A DNA stretch of 64,000 bases from Candidatus Staskawiczbacteria bacterium RIFOXYD1_FULL_32_13. Its GTDB lineage: Bacteria > Patescibacteriota > Minisyncoccia > Minisyncoccales > Staskawiczbacteraceae. Numbering within the stretch: position 1 is the first letter of the stretch; each line of letters starts with the position of its first letter. Positions 27,450 to 37,228 of this stretch are shown here, in pieces. Under the pieces are notes generated by a model, which was not told the origin of the DNA, made no database searches, and saw nothing but the letters and a program-made list of their open reading frames with translations. The stretch spans positions 30,904-94,903 of the forward strand of contig MHPU01000039.1 of NCBI GenBank assembly GCA_001820485.1, written 5' to 3'. Position numbers and translations under genes: made by a program.

Positions 27450-27755
27450 ATGATTCTAAATTTAACTTCAGATTCAATTTTTTTAATATTTGGTTTTCTG
27501 GGATATGTTATTGGAAGATGGGGAGATAATCATTTAAATTTTTTGATGAGAGATCCTTGGTGGACGCCTCATCATTGGATATATGGGTTTTTACTAATGA
27601 TTATTAGTTTCTATTTTTTTCATGAATTTTGGTTGCAAATATTTTCTTTTGGGCTTGGATTATTTGTAAGTGATTTAAAAGATTTTTTACATTTTAGAAT
27701 TTTAGGTTCTGATAAGAAAATTAAGGAAAATGTTAAATTTTGGCACATTGATTAA
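27450..27755 (+). CDS. Small membrane protein
   Basis: Three hydrophobic segments, PHHWIYG motif. Confidence 0.65.
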   Translation: MILNLTSDSIFLIFGFLGYVIGRWGDNHLNFLMRDPWWTPHHWIYGFLLMIISFYFFHEFWLQIFSFGLGLFVSDLKDFLHFRILGSDKKIKENVKFWHID

Positions 27756-27786
27756 AAAATAATTATGATTATTATATAACATAAAC

Positions 27787-27811
27787 AAAAAGCACTTAAT
27801 TGGTGCTTTTT
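27787..27811. terminator. Bidirectional terminator
   Basis: AAAAAGCAC-TTAATTG-GTGCTTTTT between convergent genes. Confidence 0.7.
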
Positions 27812-27826
27812 TGATTTTCTAAATAT

Positions 27827-28630
27827 TTAAACTGTTTTTAAAAATTCGCTAGAATATTTTGATGGAAGTTTTATTGGTTTTGATATTTTCCAGATTTGCT
27901 CAAACTGTACTCTAATTAAATCAGAAAACTCTTGGCTATGGATAAGAAATCCAAAACCTTCATTTTTTGAAGAAACAAAAGCTACTTTGTCTGCATAAAG
28001 CCAATAGCCCATATTCCAGGTCATACTTCTTGGAGCTAGTCGTAATTTTCTTTTGTGTTTTTTGCCAACCCCTAAAAATGTATTTATTTTTGCATCAATC
28101 ACATTGTCGTTTGGCCAGATGGCTTTAACTGAAATGTTTTGCCTGATTCTTCTACGATTTAAATCTTCATGATATTCTTTACCTAGAATTTTTACCATTT
28201 CACTAATTGGCCACATAGATAACGATTCAATATCTTTATACCAAAGCATATCTTTAAGGACTTGCTTGATTCCTGTTGTGCCAGAATAAAACTTAATTTT
28301 TGGTTCTAGTGCTTTAATATTTAGATTTAAAGTTGGAAGAATATCAGTAATCATTTTATCTTTTTTCTTTAAATCATCTATTTTTGTATGTATCAAATGT
28401 TGCAGGTTTTTTACATCATCGGCACCAAATAATTTTTTGTTATCTTCTATCTTTTCCGTTACAAGGCCACTATCAATTAATAATCTTAAATTATCATAAA
28501 TAGTTGGTCTTGGCATATTTAGGTTTTCTGCTAATTGGCGAGCAGAGGAATAGCCAGTTTCTAAAAGTCTGGTATATATTCTTATACAATTATCTGAAAA
28601 GCCGATTTCTTTTAATATTGAGTTAATCAT
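27827..28630 (-). CDS. TrmB-family transcriptional regulator
   Basis: N-terminal wHTH (IY..LL..G..SARQLA...PRPTIYDNL..L...GLV), PKIKFYSG..GI, C-terminal effector domain. Confidence 0.88.
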   Translation of the reverse strand: MINSILKEIGFSDNCIRIYTRLLETGYSSARQLAENLNMPRPTIYDNLRLLIDSGLVTEKIEDNKKLFGADDVKNLQHLIHTKIDDLKKKDKMITDILPTLNLNIKALEPKIKFYSGTTGIKQVLKDMLWYKDIESLSMWPISEMVKILGKEYHEDLNRRRIRQNISVKAIWPNDNVIDAKINTFLGVGKKHKRKLRLAPRSMTWNMGYWLYADKVAFVSSKNEGFGFLIHSQEFSDLIRVQFEQIWKISKPIKLPSKYSSEFLKTV

Positions 28631-28736
28631 AAAATTTTAATTCATTTGTTATTATATTTGTCGCTTGGCGACGACATATTTACAATTTAATAATACATCA
28701 TATATAATAAAAAAGCAAGAGATAATAATTAACTGT

Positions 28737-28896
28737 TAGACCTGTTGCTAAATAAGACTCGTGCCTAAATTTGAAATTTTGACTGCAAATTTATAAAAAT
28801 TCGTCGGCTTGCCTAAAGGCAAACTTTCTCATTTTTCTAAATTTTCGTACAAAATTTCTGCATTTCGCTTACTCGTCTTATCTAACAACAGGTCTA
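28737..28896. mobile_element. 160-bp MITE-like palindromic element with 22-bp terminal inverted repeats
   Basis: TAGACCTGTTGCTAAATAAGAC vs reverse complement TAGACCTGTTGTTAGATAAGAC (20/22). Confidence 0.7.
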
Positions 28897-28907
28897 TTTA
28901 TAAAATT

Positions 28908-29912
28908 ATGCAAAATAAAAATATTTGGATTGTGATTGGTATTATCATCATTTTTATTATTACGGCGCTTTTCATGTTTCAAAAACCAGAACAAACTGGC
29001 CTGCAACATGTAACTGTTGGTATACAAACTGGACCTGCCAATGCTTTGGTGATGGTTGCTAAAGATAAAGGATTTTTTGAAAAACAAGGTTTAAATGTTG
29101 AGCTAAAAGAATTTGCCGCAGGCAAAGATGCCTTGATTGCATTTTTAGGTGGTTCACTTGATTTTTCTATTTCTGGTGATGTTCCAGTAACGCTTTCAAC
29201 TTTGGCTGGTAATAAATTTGTTGTGCCTGCACAGGTTGTTGGTAAAACTAAAAATGAGGTTCGTGTTGTTGCAAGAAATGAGAATACCTTGGATACTGCT
29301 GATAAATTCTTTAAAGCCAAAAAACGTAAACTTTCAACATCTATTGGCGGTGGACCAGAATTTTTTACTTACGAGTTTTTAAATAAGCTTGGTATTACTA
29401 AAGATCAAGTTGAAATAATTGCTCAAAAGCCTGGTGATATGCCCGCTGCACTTATTAGTGGAAGCGTTGATGCAATAGCCATTTTTGATCCTTTTGCTTT
29501 TATTGCGGAGAAACAGCTAGGCGATAAAGCAATTACTTTTACTGATGAAAGCCTATATTCTGAGTTATATGTTATTGAGGCAAAAGAGTCTGTAAAACAA
29601 GACTTTACGACTCTTGAAAAACTTTTGAATGGATTAATTGAAGCAGAAAAATTTACTAAAGATAATCCAGAAGAAGCAAAAATTATAGTTATAAAATATA
29701 CCAAACTTGATAAAGAAACAATTGATGGAATTTGGAACAGTTTTGATTTCCGTATTGCATTAACGCCACAACTTTTAGAATATTTAAATAGAGAGGCACA
29801 ATGGGCAATAGATACTGCAAAAGTAACAAAGGAAACTGTAATACCAAATTTCCGCGATATAATTTTTGACATCCCATTAAAGAAAATTTCTCCTTCTGCT
29901 GTTGAAATATAA
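28908..29912 (+). CDS. ABC transporter substrate-binding protein (SsuA/TauA/NitT family)
   Basis: N-terminal TM, VAKDKGFFEKQGLNVE, GSVDA...DPF; start ATG 28908. Confidence 0.88.
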   Translation: MQNKNIWIVIGIIIIFIITALFMFQKPEQTGLQHVTVGIQTGPANALVMVAKDKGFFEKQGLNVELKEFAAGKDALIAFLGGSLDFSISGDVPVTLSTLAGNKFVVPAQVVGKTKNEVRVVARNENTLDTADKFFKAKKRKLSTSIGGGPEFFTYEFLNKLGITKDQVEIIAQKPGDMPAALISGSVDAIAIFDPFAFIAEKQLGDKAITFTDESLYSELYVIEAKESVKQDFTTLEKLLNGLIEAEKFTKDNPEEAKIIVIKYTKLDKETIDGIWNSFDFRIALTPQLLEYLNREAQWAIDTAKVTKETVIPNFRDIIFDIPLKKISPSAVEI

Positions 29913-29918
29913 TTATAC

Positions 29919-30674
29919 ATGAAAAAGTTTTTATGGTTTATTCTACCAATTATTTTTCTTCTCATACTTTGGGAAATGATTTCGCATAGTGGTTTTGTTA
30001 GTATTACTCTTTTTCCTCCTCCATCTAAAGTTTTTGCTTCGCTCTGGGAAATGATAATATCTAAAACAATATTTTTAGATTTGCGTGATAGTTTATGGCG
30101 CCTTATCTTAGGACTTTTCCTAGGCTCAGCGTTTGGTGTTATTATAGGGTTGTTTACTGGAAGAAACAAAATTTTTGAAAATATTTTTTTACCTATTATC
30201 CAAATATTTCGCCCACTTCCGCCAGTAGCAATTATTCCGCTTGTAATTATTTGGTTTGGTATTGATGACGGGGCAAAAATATTTTCTATTGCATTTGCAG
30301 TATTTTTTCCTGTTTGGCTTAATACTCATATTGGAGTTGGAAGAATAGCACAAGAATTTTTATGGAGTGCAAAACTTCTCACAGCGTCCTCGATAAAAAT
30401 ATTTCATAAAATCGTTTTTCCTTCGGCAATTCCATTTATAATTGCTGGAATAAGAACAGGTATTGCTGTAGCTTTTGTTATGGTTTTTGTTTCGGAACTC
30501 TCAGGAGCGTCAGGTGGATTAGGGTATAGAATTTCTATTTCTAGTTTAACGTATCGCATTGATGAAATGATAGCAGCTTTAATTGTACTTGGTGCGCTTG
30601 GTGCCCTAACAGATCAATTGTTTGTTTTTGCAACAAATAAAATTTTTCCTTGGATTAAATTTTCAATAAAATGA
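29919..30674 (+). CDS. ABC transporter permease (SsuC/TauC family)
   Basis: FPPPSKV, RPLPPVAIIPL, EL.G...GLGY. Confidence 0.92.
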   Translation: MKKFLWFILPIIFLLILWEMISHSGFVSITLFPPPSKVFASLWEMIISKTIFLDLRDSLWRLILGLFLGSAFGVIIGLFTGRNKIFENIFLPIIQIFRPLPPVAIIPLVIIWFGIDDGAKIFSIAFAVFFPVWLNTHIGVGRIAQEFLWSAKLLTASSIKIFHKIVFPSAIPFIIAGIRTGIAVAFVMVFVSELSGASGGLGYRISISSLTYRIDEMIAALIVLGALGALTDQLFVFATNKIFPWIKFSIK

Positions 30675-31384
30675 ACCATATTTTAGTAAAAAATTTATCA
30701 GTTAATTATAAAAATTTTTGCGCTTTAAAGAGCGTAAATTTTGATGTTAATAAAGGTGAATTTGTAGCTATAGTCGGTAAATCTGGAAGTGGAAAAACTA
30801 CTTTTTTGAAAGCGCTTGCTGGGTTTGTTCCATTTTTGGGTCAAGTTACTATACCAAAGAATATTGGTATGATGTTTCAGAATTATGCCACTTTTGCCTG
30901 GCTCACTGTTTCGGAAAATATAGCTTTTGGTCTGGATGGAAAAAATAGCAAAGAGCAAATTAAGATAATTGATGAACATTTAAAATTAGCAGAACTTGAG
31001 GATAAAAGAGATAAGTACCCCGCTGAGCTCTCAGGTGGGCAGATGCAACGTGTTGCTCTTGCTCGATCTTTGGCACATAATTCAGAGGTATTGTTAATGG
31101 ATGAGCCATATGGTTCATTAGATGCATATACAAGAGACAAGATGCAACAGTGGCTTTTGAATATTTGGACAAAGTATAATAAGACTATTGTGTTTGTAAC
31201 GCACAATATTGAAGAAGCAATTTTTCTTGCTGATCGAGTTTTAGTTCTAAATGATCAAAAATTTGTTGGTGAATATAAAATATCATTTACGCGACCACGC
31301 AATGAAAGTATTAAATTTTCACCAGAATTTAATATATTACGTCAGGAAATCTTTGAATCACTAAATCAGCATCTCGTGTCATAG
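30671..31384 (+). CDS. ABC transporter ATP-binding protein (SsuB/TauB family)
   Basis: GKSGSGKT, LSGGQMQR, LMDEP, VTH. Confidence 0.95.
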   Translation: MNHILVKNLSVNYKNFCALKSVNFDVNKGEFVAIVGKSGSGKTTFLKALAGFVPFLGQVTIPKNIGMMFQNYATFAWLTVSENIAFGLDGKNSKEQIKIIDEHLKLAELEDKRDKYPAELSGGQMQRVALARSLAHNSEVLLMDEPYGSLDAYTRDKMQQWLLNIWTKYNKTIVFVTHNIEEAIFLADRVLVLNDQKFVGEYKISFTRPRNESIKFSPEFNILRQEIFESLNQHLVS

Positions 31385-31516
31385 TTTAGATTTATTATTA
31401 CAAACAAAAAATTATTGTACTGACAGGTAAATATTATAAATAAAATATTATTAATTTAAAAATAATAGAACTTTAAGGTTGACATATTTAAAATAATAGA
31501 ATAATATATAAACATA

Positions 31517-31662
31517 GTCCGCAGACGGTTTTGCCTCGCAAATATGCGAAATAATTTGGAGTTTTGCTCCAAGCAAGCCATAGGATCAAGTTTTAGATAA
31601 TAGCGTAGTTTGTTCTACTACAACCTACTCACTACTACCTACAAACTAAATTCGTCTGCGAA
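31517..31662 (+). promoter_or_regulatory. Probable L10 leader (rplJ autoregulatory RNA)
   Basis: CGCAGACG/CGTCTGCG closing helix downstream of TTGACA (31479) and upstream of rplJ. Confidence 0.55.
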
Positions 31663-31778
31663 AAAGGTCGCAGTTTTTTTATTTCAAGGCGATACCAATG
31701 AAACGAATAACATATACCAATGAAACTAATATTAGTATAATTGGTATGAAATTAGTATATTAGTATCGCGATGACGAA

Positions 31779-32270
31779 ATGGCATTAAATAAAGATCAGA
31801 AAAAAAAGCAGTTAGAGAGTTTAAAAGAAAAGATTGTAAATCAAAAATCAATAGTTTTTGTTGATTTCTCAAAAGTAGCATCAGATAAAATGTTTACTTT
31901 AAGAAAAAAACTTAAAGAAGAAGGATGTAATTTAAAAATTGGAAAGAAAACATTAATTAGAGTAGCTTTTGGACAAGCAGGAATTTCTTTTTGGAATGTA
32001 ATGAAAAAGAGTATCCCTGGGCAATTAGCTTTGGTTTTTGGAATTGAAGACGAAATAGCACCTGCTAGAATCTCAAATCAATTTTCAAAAGATAATGAAA
32101 ATTTTAAGATTTTAGGAGGTATTTTTGAAAGTAGGTTTATTGATAGAGAAAAAGTATTGGTACTTGCGAATATTCCACCAAGAAATGAATTACTTGGTAG
32201 ATTGGTTGGTTCGCTCGCCAGTCCAATGGCAAGTTTTGTAAGAGTATTAGATAAAATAGCAACAAAATAA
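31779..32270 (+). CDS. rplJ: 50S ribosomal protein L10
   Basis: LRKKL...KKTLI..A, LANIPPRNELLGRLVG; adjacent rplL. Confidence 0.95.
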   Translation: MALNKDQKKKQLESLKEKIVNQKSIVFVDFSKVASDKMFTLRKKLKEEGCNLKIGKKTLIRVAFGQAGISFWNVMKKSIPGQLALVFGIEDEIAPARISNQFSKDNENFKILGGIFESRFIDREKVLVLANIPPRNELLGRLVGSLASPMASFVRVLDKIATK

Positions 32271-32290
32271 TTAATTTATCGCTCGTAAAT

Positions 32291-32428
32291 TAAATTTTTT
32301 CGCTCAGGATATTACTTTCCAAATGACGCGATAATTTTTACCTGTTGGTAAAAATTTCACTCAGTTCTCAGCCACTGCGGTGGCTTCCGAAAAGCATTTG
32401 GAAAATAACATCCTTCGCTCAAAATTTA
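32291..32428. repeat. Long imperfect palindrome between rplJ and rplL
   Basis: TAAATTTT..AGGAT..TTTCCAAATG pairs with CATTTGGAAA..ATCCT..AAAATTTA; internal AGCCAC-TGCG-GTGGCT hairpin. Confidence 0.6.
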
Positions 32429-32442
32429 TTTTTATAAAAAAA

Positions 32443-32844
32443 ATGACAGATGAAATAAAAGCAGAAGTGCCAGCTAAATTTAAAAATTTGGTTGAGGAAA
32501 TAAAAAAACTTCCAGTTGTGGAACTGGCAGAACTTGTAAAAGTTTTGGAAGCAGAGTTTGGAGTTTCAGCAGCAGCTCCAGTAGCTGTAGCTGGACCTGC
32601 AGCAGGCCCAGTAGAGGAGAAAACAGCTTTTAATGTAGAATTAAAAGAAGTTGGAGCTCAAAAGATTGAAGTTATTAAAGTTGTAAGAGATGTTACAGCA
32701 AAAGGATTAAAAGAATCAAAAGACTTGGTTGACTTAGCAGCAGCTGGAACAGCTCAATTGATTAAAGAAGGGGTAAAGAAAGAAGAAGCTGATGAAATTG
32801 CAAAGAGATTTACAACCGCAGGAGCAAAAGTAGAGATAAAATAA
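32443..32844 (+). CDS. rplL: 50S ribosomal protein L7/L12
   Basis: [33 protein letters not shown]; start ATG 32443. Confidence 0.97.
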   Translation: MTDEIKAEVPAKFKNLVEEIKKLPVVELAELVKVLEAEFGVSAAAPVAVAGPAAGPVEEKTAFNVELKEVGAQKIEVIKVVRDVTAKGLKESKDLVDLAAAGTAQLIKEGVKKEEADEIAKRFTTAGAKVEIK

Positions 32845-32851
32845 AACACTC

Positions 32852-32884
32852 GTCATTGCGAGGAGCAAAGCGACGAAGCAATCT
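32852..32884. repeat. Half copy of palindromic repeat family B (GTCATTGCGAG...GCAATCT)
   Basis: gtcattgcgaggagcaaagcgacgaagcaatct. Confidence 0.75.
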
Positions 32885-33029
32885 AAACAGGGGTAAAACC
32901 CTGTTTTTGCTTGCAAAATTTTATAGTCGGAGTAACATTAACTAATATGACCAACGCACAACCGACATGGTGCCGTGTTGCGTCGCTGGCCAATGTCCTT
33001 TCTTTTAGGCATTTGCCTGGAGGGGTACG

Positions 33030-33263
33030 ATGGCCGATTTGGAATTTACTAAGAAAAATTTTCGGGCGTTGTATTGGCTGTGGAAAAACTACTTGTCTTC
33101 TGCTAAAGGAATGGCAACTGAAGTAGTTGAAGGGGCTGGGCGGTTGTATAGTGTTTTGATCTTTCAAATTCATTGTGAGGACAAAAACTCTGAATTTGAC
33201 AAGCCGATTTCCGATCGTGCACGGATGTTGTGGCAACAATTCTTGGCATATATCACTATTTGA
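33030..33263 (+). CDS. Orphan small protein (GC-richer solo cassette)
   Basis: GGAGG SD upstream; terminator AAGAGGGCT..AGCCCTTTTT at ~33288-33311. Confidence 0.5.
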   Translation: MADLEFTKKNFRALYWLWKNYLSSAKGMATEVVEGAGRLYSVLIFQIHCEDKNSEFDKPISDRARMLWQQFLAYITI

Positions 33264-33342
33264 CTTTCGTGATATTGCCAAGAAGGAAGAGGGCTTTGCG
33301 GAGCCCTTTTTGTTTTTTATATTTTTTGGTAATATATAATAT

Positions 33343-34305
33343 ATGAAAGATGATATATATAATAATTTAAAATTAGATTTGCCAGAACTCAAGGAAGGCG
33401 TTTTGTTAAAAGATTATACAACTTTTAAAATTGGCGGTTTGGCCAAATATTTTTTTATTGCACATAGCAAAGAAATTTTAATAAAAGTAATAAAATTAGC
33501 AAAGACAAACAAAATTCCAATTTTTGTTTTAGGTGGTGGAAGCAATCTTTTAATATCTGATAAAGGGTTTAAGGGATTAGTTATAAAGTTAAAAGTTAAA
33601 AGTTATAAAGTAAATAAAAATAAAATTGTAGTTGATGCTGGGGTGGGTTTATCAAAATTAGTAAATTTAGTTTTAGAAAATAGTTTAACTGGAATGGATT
33701 GGGCTGCGGGGATTCCGGGGAGCACTGGTGGTGCAATTTATGGTAATGCTCAGGCATTTGGGGAAAAAATTTCAGATAATTTGATGGAAGTAGAATATCT
33801 TGATGTGAAAAGTTTAAAAATAAAAAAAGTATCTAAAAAACAGTGTAAATTTACCTTAAAAAATAGCATATTTAAAAAAAATAAAAATTTGATAGTTTTA
33901 TCTGCAACTTTTGATTTAAAGAAAGGAAATATTAATGAGATTCGTAAAAATGTATTAGAGCATATAAATTATAGAAAGAAAAATCATCCGATTAATTTTC
34001 CTTCAGCTGGTTCAGTTTTTGTAAATACTGAAACAAAAATAACTAATAAAAAATTGCTTGCAAAGTTTCCTGAATTAAAGTATTTTAATAGTAAGGGGGT
34101 AATTCCTTCAGGCTACTTAATTGAAAAGGTGGGGCTTTCCGGAAAACAAATTGGAGGAGCTAAGTTTTCTGATGTTCATGCAAATTTTATTGTAAACACG
34201 GGTAATGCGAAAGCACAAGATGTTTTAAAATTAATCAAATTAGCCAAAAAAAAAGTAAAAAAAATTTTTAATATTAATCTGGAAACAGAAATACAAATAT
34301 TATGA
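33343..34305 (+). CDS. murB: UDP-N-acetylmuramate dehydrogenase
   Basis: TTFKIGG, LGGGSNLL, GIPGSTGGA..GNA, PSAGSVF, HANFIVN. Confidence 0.96.
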   Translation: MKDDIYNNLKLDLPELKEGVLLKDYTTFKIGGLAKYFFIAHSKEILIKVIKLAKTNKIPIFVLGGGSNLLISDKGFKGLVIKLKVKSYKVNKNKIVVDAGVGLSKLVNLVLENSLTGMDWAAGIPGSTGGAIYGNAQAFGEKISDNLMEVEYLDVKSLKIKKVSKKQCKFTLKNSIFKKNKNLIVLSATFDLKKGNINEIRKNVLEHINYRKKNHPINFPSAGSVFVNTETKITNKKLLAKFPELKYFNSKGVIPSGYLIEKVGLSGKQIGGAKFSDVHANFIVNTGNAKAQDVLKLIKLAKKKVKKIFNINLETEIQIL

Positions 34306-34682
34306 AAATAATAATTAAAACGAAGAATTTGGAATTGACGCCATCATTGGAAAATTATATTAATGAGAAAATTGGTAGTTTAGAAAAATTTATAAAAAAT
34401 TTGCAAAAAGAGGAAGAGGGGAAAACATTGTCAGAAATCTTTGTAGAAGTAGAGAAAGAGTCAAAGCATCATAGGCATGGCGATATTTTTAGAGCAACAG
34501 CACAAGTTATTCTTCCAGGTAAAAGTTTGATAGCTGAAGCTAAAGGAGAAGATTTGCTCTTAGTAATTGTAGAAGTAAAAGACGAACTTCAGCAGGAAAT
34601 TAAAAAATATAAACTAAAAAAAATGGATGCGAAAATAAAAGGTGGTAGGAAAGCAAAGGATCAATTAAAATCAGAAACATAA
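34302..34682 (+). CDS. raiA: Ribosome hibernation factor HPF/RaiA
   Basis: IKTKNLELTPSLENYINEKI..L.K, HHRHGD. Confidence 0.88.
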   Translation: MKIIIKTKNLELTPSLENYINEKIGSLEKFIKNLQKEEEGKTLSEIFVEVEKESKHHRHGDIFRATAQVILPGKSLIAEAKGEDLLLVIVEVKDELQQEIKKYKLKKMDAKIKGGRKAKDQLKSET

Positions 34683-34686
34683 AACA

Positions 34687-37152
34687 ATGTCAATTTTAAC
34701 AAAAATTTTTGGTGATCCAAATGAAAAGTATATAAAGAGTTTACAGCCAATTGTAGAAAAAATAAATTCTTTTGAAATAGAATTTTCAAAACTTTCATTA
34801 CAAGAAATTAAAGAAAAAACCTTTCGACTTCGCTCAGGGCTAGCAAGTGGGAAAACTTTAGACGATATTCTCCCAGAGGCTTTTGCTTTGGTTAGAGAAG
34901 CAGGAAAAAGAACTTTAAATCAAAGGCATTTTGATAGTCAATTAATTGGAGGAATTGTTTTACATCAAGGTAAAATTGCAGAAATGAGAACCGGAGAAGG
35001 TAAAACTTTGTCTGCTACTTTGCCAGCTTATTTAAATGCACTTTTAGGTAAAGGAGTTCATATTGTTACAGTTAACGAATATTTAGCAAAAAGAGATATG
35101 ATTTGGATGGGACAGATTTATAATGCATTAGGATTAACTGCAGGATGCATTACAAATTCAGGAGGTTTTATTTATGATGAAAACTATAAAAATGAAAACG
35201 AAAAAGATGCAAAGAGAGATATAGTGGGAGGATTTTTAGTGGTGGAAGATTTTTTAAAACCAGTTTCAAAAAAAGAAGCTTATAGTGCTGATATAACATA
35301 TGGAACTAATAATGAATTTGGTTTTGATTATTTAAGAGATAATATGGTTTTTGATTTAGAACAAAAGGCACAAAGAGATTTTAATTTTGCAATTGTGGAC
35401 GAAGTAGATTCAATTTTAATTGACGAAGCAAGAGTTCCTTTAATAATTTCTGGAGAAGCTGAGCCTGCAACTGAAAAATATTCATTATTTGCAAAAATTG
35501 TATCAAGTTTGGAAAAAGAAACAGATTATGTTTTAGATGAAAAATTAAAAACAGTCACTTTTACAGAAGAAGGTCAAAATAAAGTGGTAAATAAGTTGGG
35601 CCAAGATCCTTGGCAAGATAATGACATTACAGCTACTCATCAATTGGAATCAGCTTTAAGAGCTAAGGCTTTGTTTATTAAAGATAGAGATTATGTTGCA
35701 CAAAATGGCGAGATTTTAATTATTGATGAATTTACAGGAAGAATTTTGCCTGGTAGAAGATGGTCAGCTGGTTTGCATCAAGCAGTTGAAGCTAAGGAAG
35801 GAGTAAGAGTGCAACCCGAGTCTGTAACTTATGCCACAATAACTTTTCAAAATTATTTTCGCCTTTATAAAAAATTATCTGGAATGACAGGAACTGCTTT
35901 TACTTCAGCTGAAGAATTTGATAAAGTTTATAAATTAGAAGTAGCAATTGTGCCAACAAATAAAACTATTGTTAGAAAAGATTTGCCAGATAAAATTTTT
36001 AAATCTGAAGCTGGAAAATTTAAGGCAGTTGTAAGGGAAATAAAAGAATTAAATCAAAGGGGCCAACCAATTTTAGTTGGAACAAGATCTGTAGAAAGAA
36101 ATGAATATCTTGGAAGATTACTTGAAATGGAAGGAATTAAGCACGAAATTTTAAATGCCAAAAATCATCAAAGAGAAGGAGAAATAATTGCTCAAGCTGG
36201 CAGAAAAGGAGCTGTAACAATTGCTACAAATATGGCAGGTCGAGGGGTTGACATCATACTTGGTGGCAACCCCGTAGACCCTGAGCATAGTCGAAGGGTC
36301 CGTGAATTGGGAGGTTTACACGTTATGGGTACAGAAAGACACGAAGCTCGCAGAATTGATAATCAATTAAGGGGCAGGTCTGGTAGACAGGGAGATCCAG
36401 GAACTACTCAATTTTTTGTTTCTTTAGAAGATGATTTAATGCGTATTTTTGGAGGAGATAGAATAAAGAATTTAATGACCACTTTCAATGTAGCCGAAGA
36501 CGAACCAATTTCAGCTGGGATTTTGTCCGGTGCTTTAGAGTCAGCTCAAAGTAAAATAGAAGGTTTTAATTTTGATTCTCGCCATCATTTGCTTGAATAT
36601 GATGATGTAATGAATAAGCATAGAGAAATAATATATAAAAAAAGAAATGAATTTTTAGAAAAATCAGTATTGGAAGGCCCGTCCTTGCAACAATATGTTC
36701 TAGAGCTTGTAAAAAAAGCTGGGCACACAGAACAAGAATATTTAAATAAAGAAAAAGAATTAGGTGAGCAAAATATGAGGAATGTAGAGAAATTTGTGTG
36801 TTTAAAAGTTTTAGATACTTTATGGCAAGATCATTTAAGCAATATGGAACATATGAGAGATTCTGTAAGACTTAGAGCTTATGGTGGAAAAGATCCTTTA
36901 GTTGAGTATAAAAATGAGGGACACCGAATGTTTGGCGAACTATTAAAAGAAATGGATTTTGAAATAGCACAAGATATTATGAGTGCTGGTTTAACGAAGC
37001 CATCTCAACAGATTAATACAGATTTGAAAACAGATTTACACAGATCACAGACTGGCGGAAAACAAATCGGGCGGAACGATCCATGTCCGTGCGGAAGCGG
37101 AAAGAAATGGAAAAATTGCGGATTAATTAATGCCCCGGAGCACAAAAAATAA
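34687..37152 (+). CDS. secA: Preprotein translocase ATPase SecA
   Basis: EMRTGEGKT, DEVDSILIDEAR, ATNMAGRG, QLRGRSGRQGDPG, SEC-C motif. Confidence 0.99.
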   Translation: MSILTKIFGDPNEKYIKSLQPIVEKINSFEIEFSKLSLQEIKEKTFRLRSGLASGKTLDDILPEAFALVREAGKRTLNQRHFDSQLIGGIVLHQGKIAEMRTGEGKTLSATLPAYLNALLGKGVHIVTVNEYLAKRDMIWMGQIYNALGLTAGCITNSGGFIYDENYKNENEKDAKRDIVGGFLVVEDFLKPVSKKEAYSADITYGTNNEFGFDYLRDNMVFDLEQKAQRDFNFAIVDEVDSILIDEARVPLIISGEAEPATEKYSLFAKIVSSLEKETDYVLDEKLKTVTFTEEGQNKVVNKLGQDPWQDNDITATHQLESALRAKALFIKDRDYVAQNGEILIIDEFTGRILPGRRWSAGLHQAVEAKEGVRVQPESVTYATITFQNYFRLYKKLSGMTGTAFTSAEEFDKVYKLEVAIVPTNKTIVRKDLPDKIFKSEAGKFKAVVREIKELNQRGQPILVGTRSVERNEYLGRLLEMEGIKHEILNAKNHQREGEIIAQAGRKGAVTIATNMAGRGVDIILGGNPVDPEHSRRVRELGGLHVMGTERHEARRIDNQLRGRSGRQGDPGTTQFFVSLEDDLMRIFGGDRIKNLMTTFNVAEDEPISAGILSGALESAQSKIEGFNFDSRHHLLEYDDVMNKHREIIYKKRNEFLEKSVLEGPSLQQYVLELVKKAGHTEQEYLNKEKELGEQNMRNVEKFVCLKVLDTLWQDHLSNMEHMRDSVRLRAYGGKDPLVEYKNEGHRMFGELLKEMDFEIAQDIMSAGLTKPSQQINTDLKTDLHRSQTGGKQIGRNDPCPCGSGKKWKNCGLINAPEHKK

Positions 37153-37228
37153 CTTTTTTGTAAAAGAAAACCCGGGCCTCGACGAATCAAGGCGCACGGG
37201 TTGAGTACTCGCGATGAGGTTGGTTTTC

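Noticed and set aside
28809-28907. N-terminal extensions in the ORF track (SBP 28809, rplL 32380, CutA 51638, STAS 60191, trmD 3564)
   Set aside because: They run through palindromic repeats or promoter DNA; downstream ATGs match the family starts.
29423-30169. 248-aa minus-strand ORF and similar antisense ORFs (50882-51328, 42277-42657, 48000-48374)
   Set aside because: Lie fully opposite well-supported genes and show no motifs.
32883-33392. 169-aa minus-strand ORF between rplL and murB
   Set aside because: Overlaps the murB start, crosses a terminator and lacks an SD; the + strand 77-aa ORF has better signals, though it too is uncertain.
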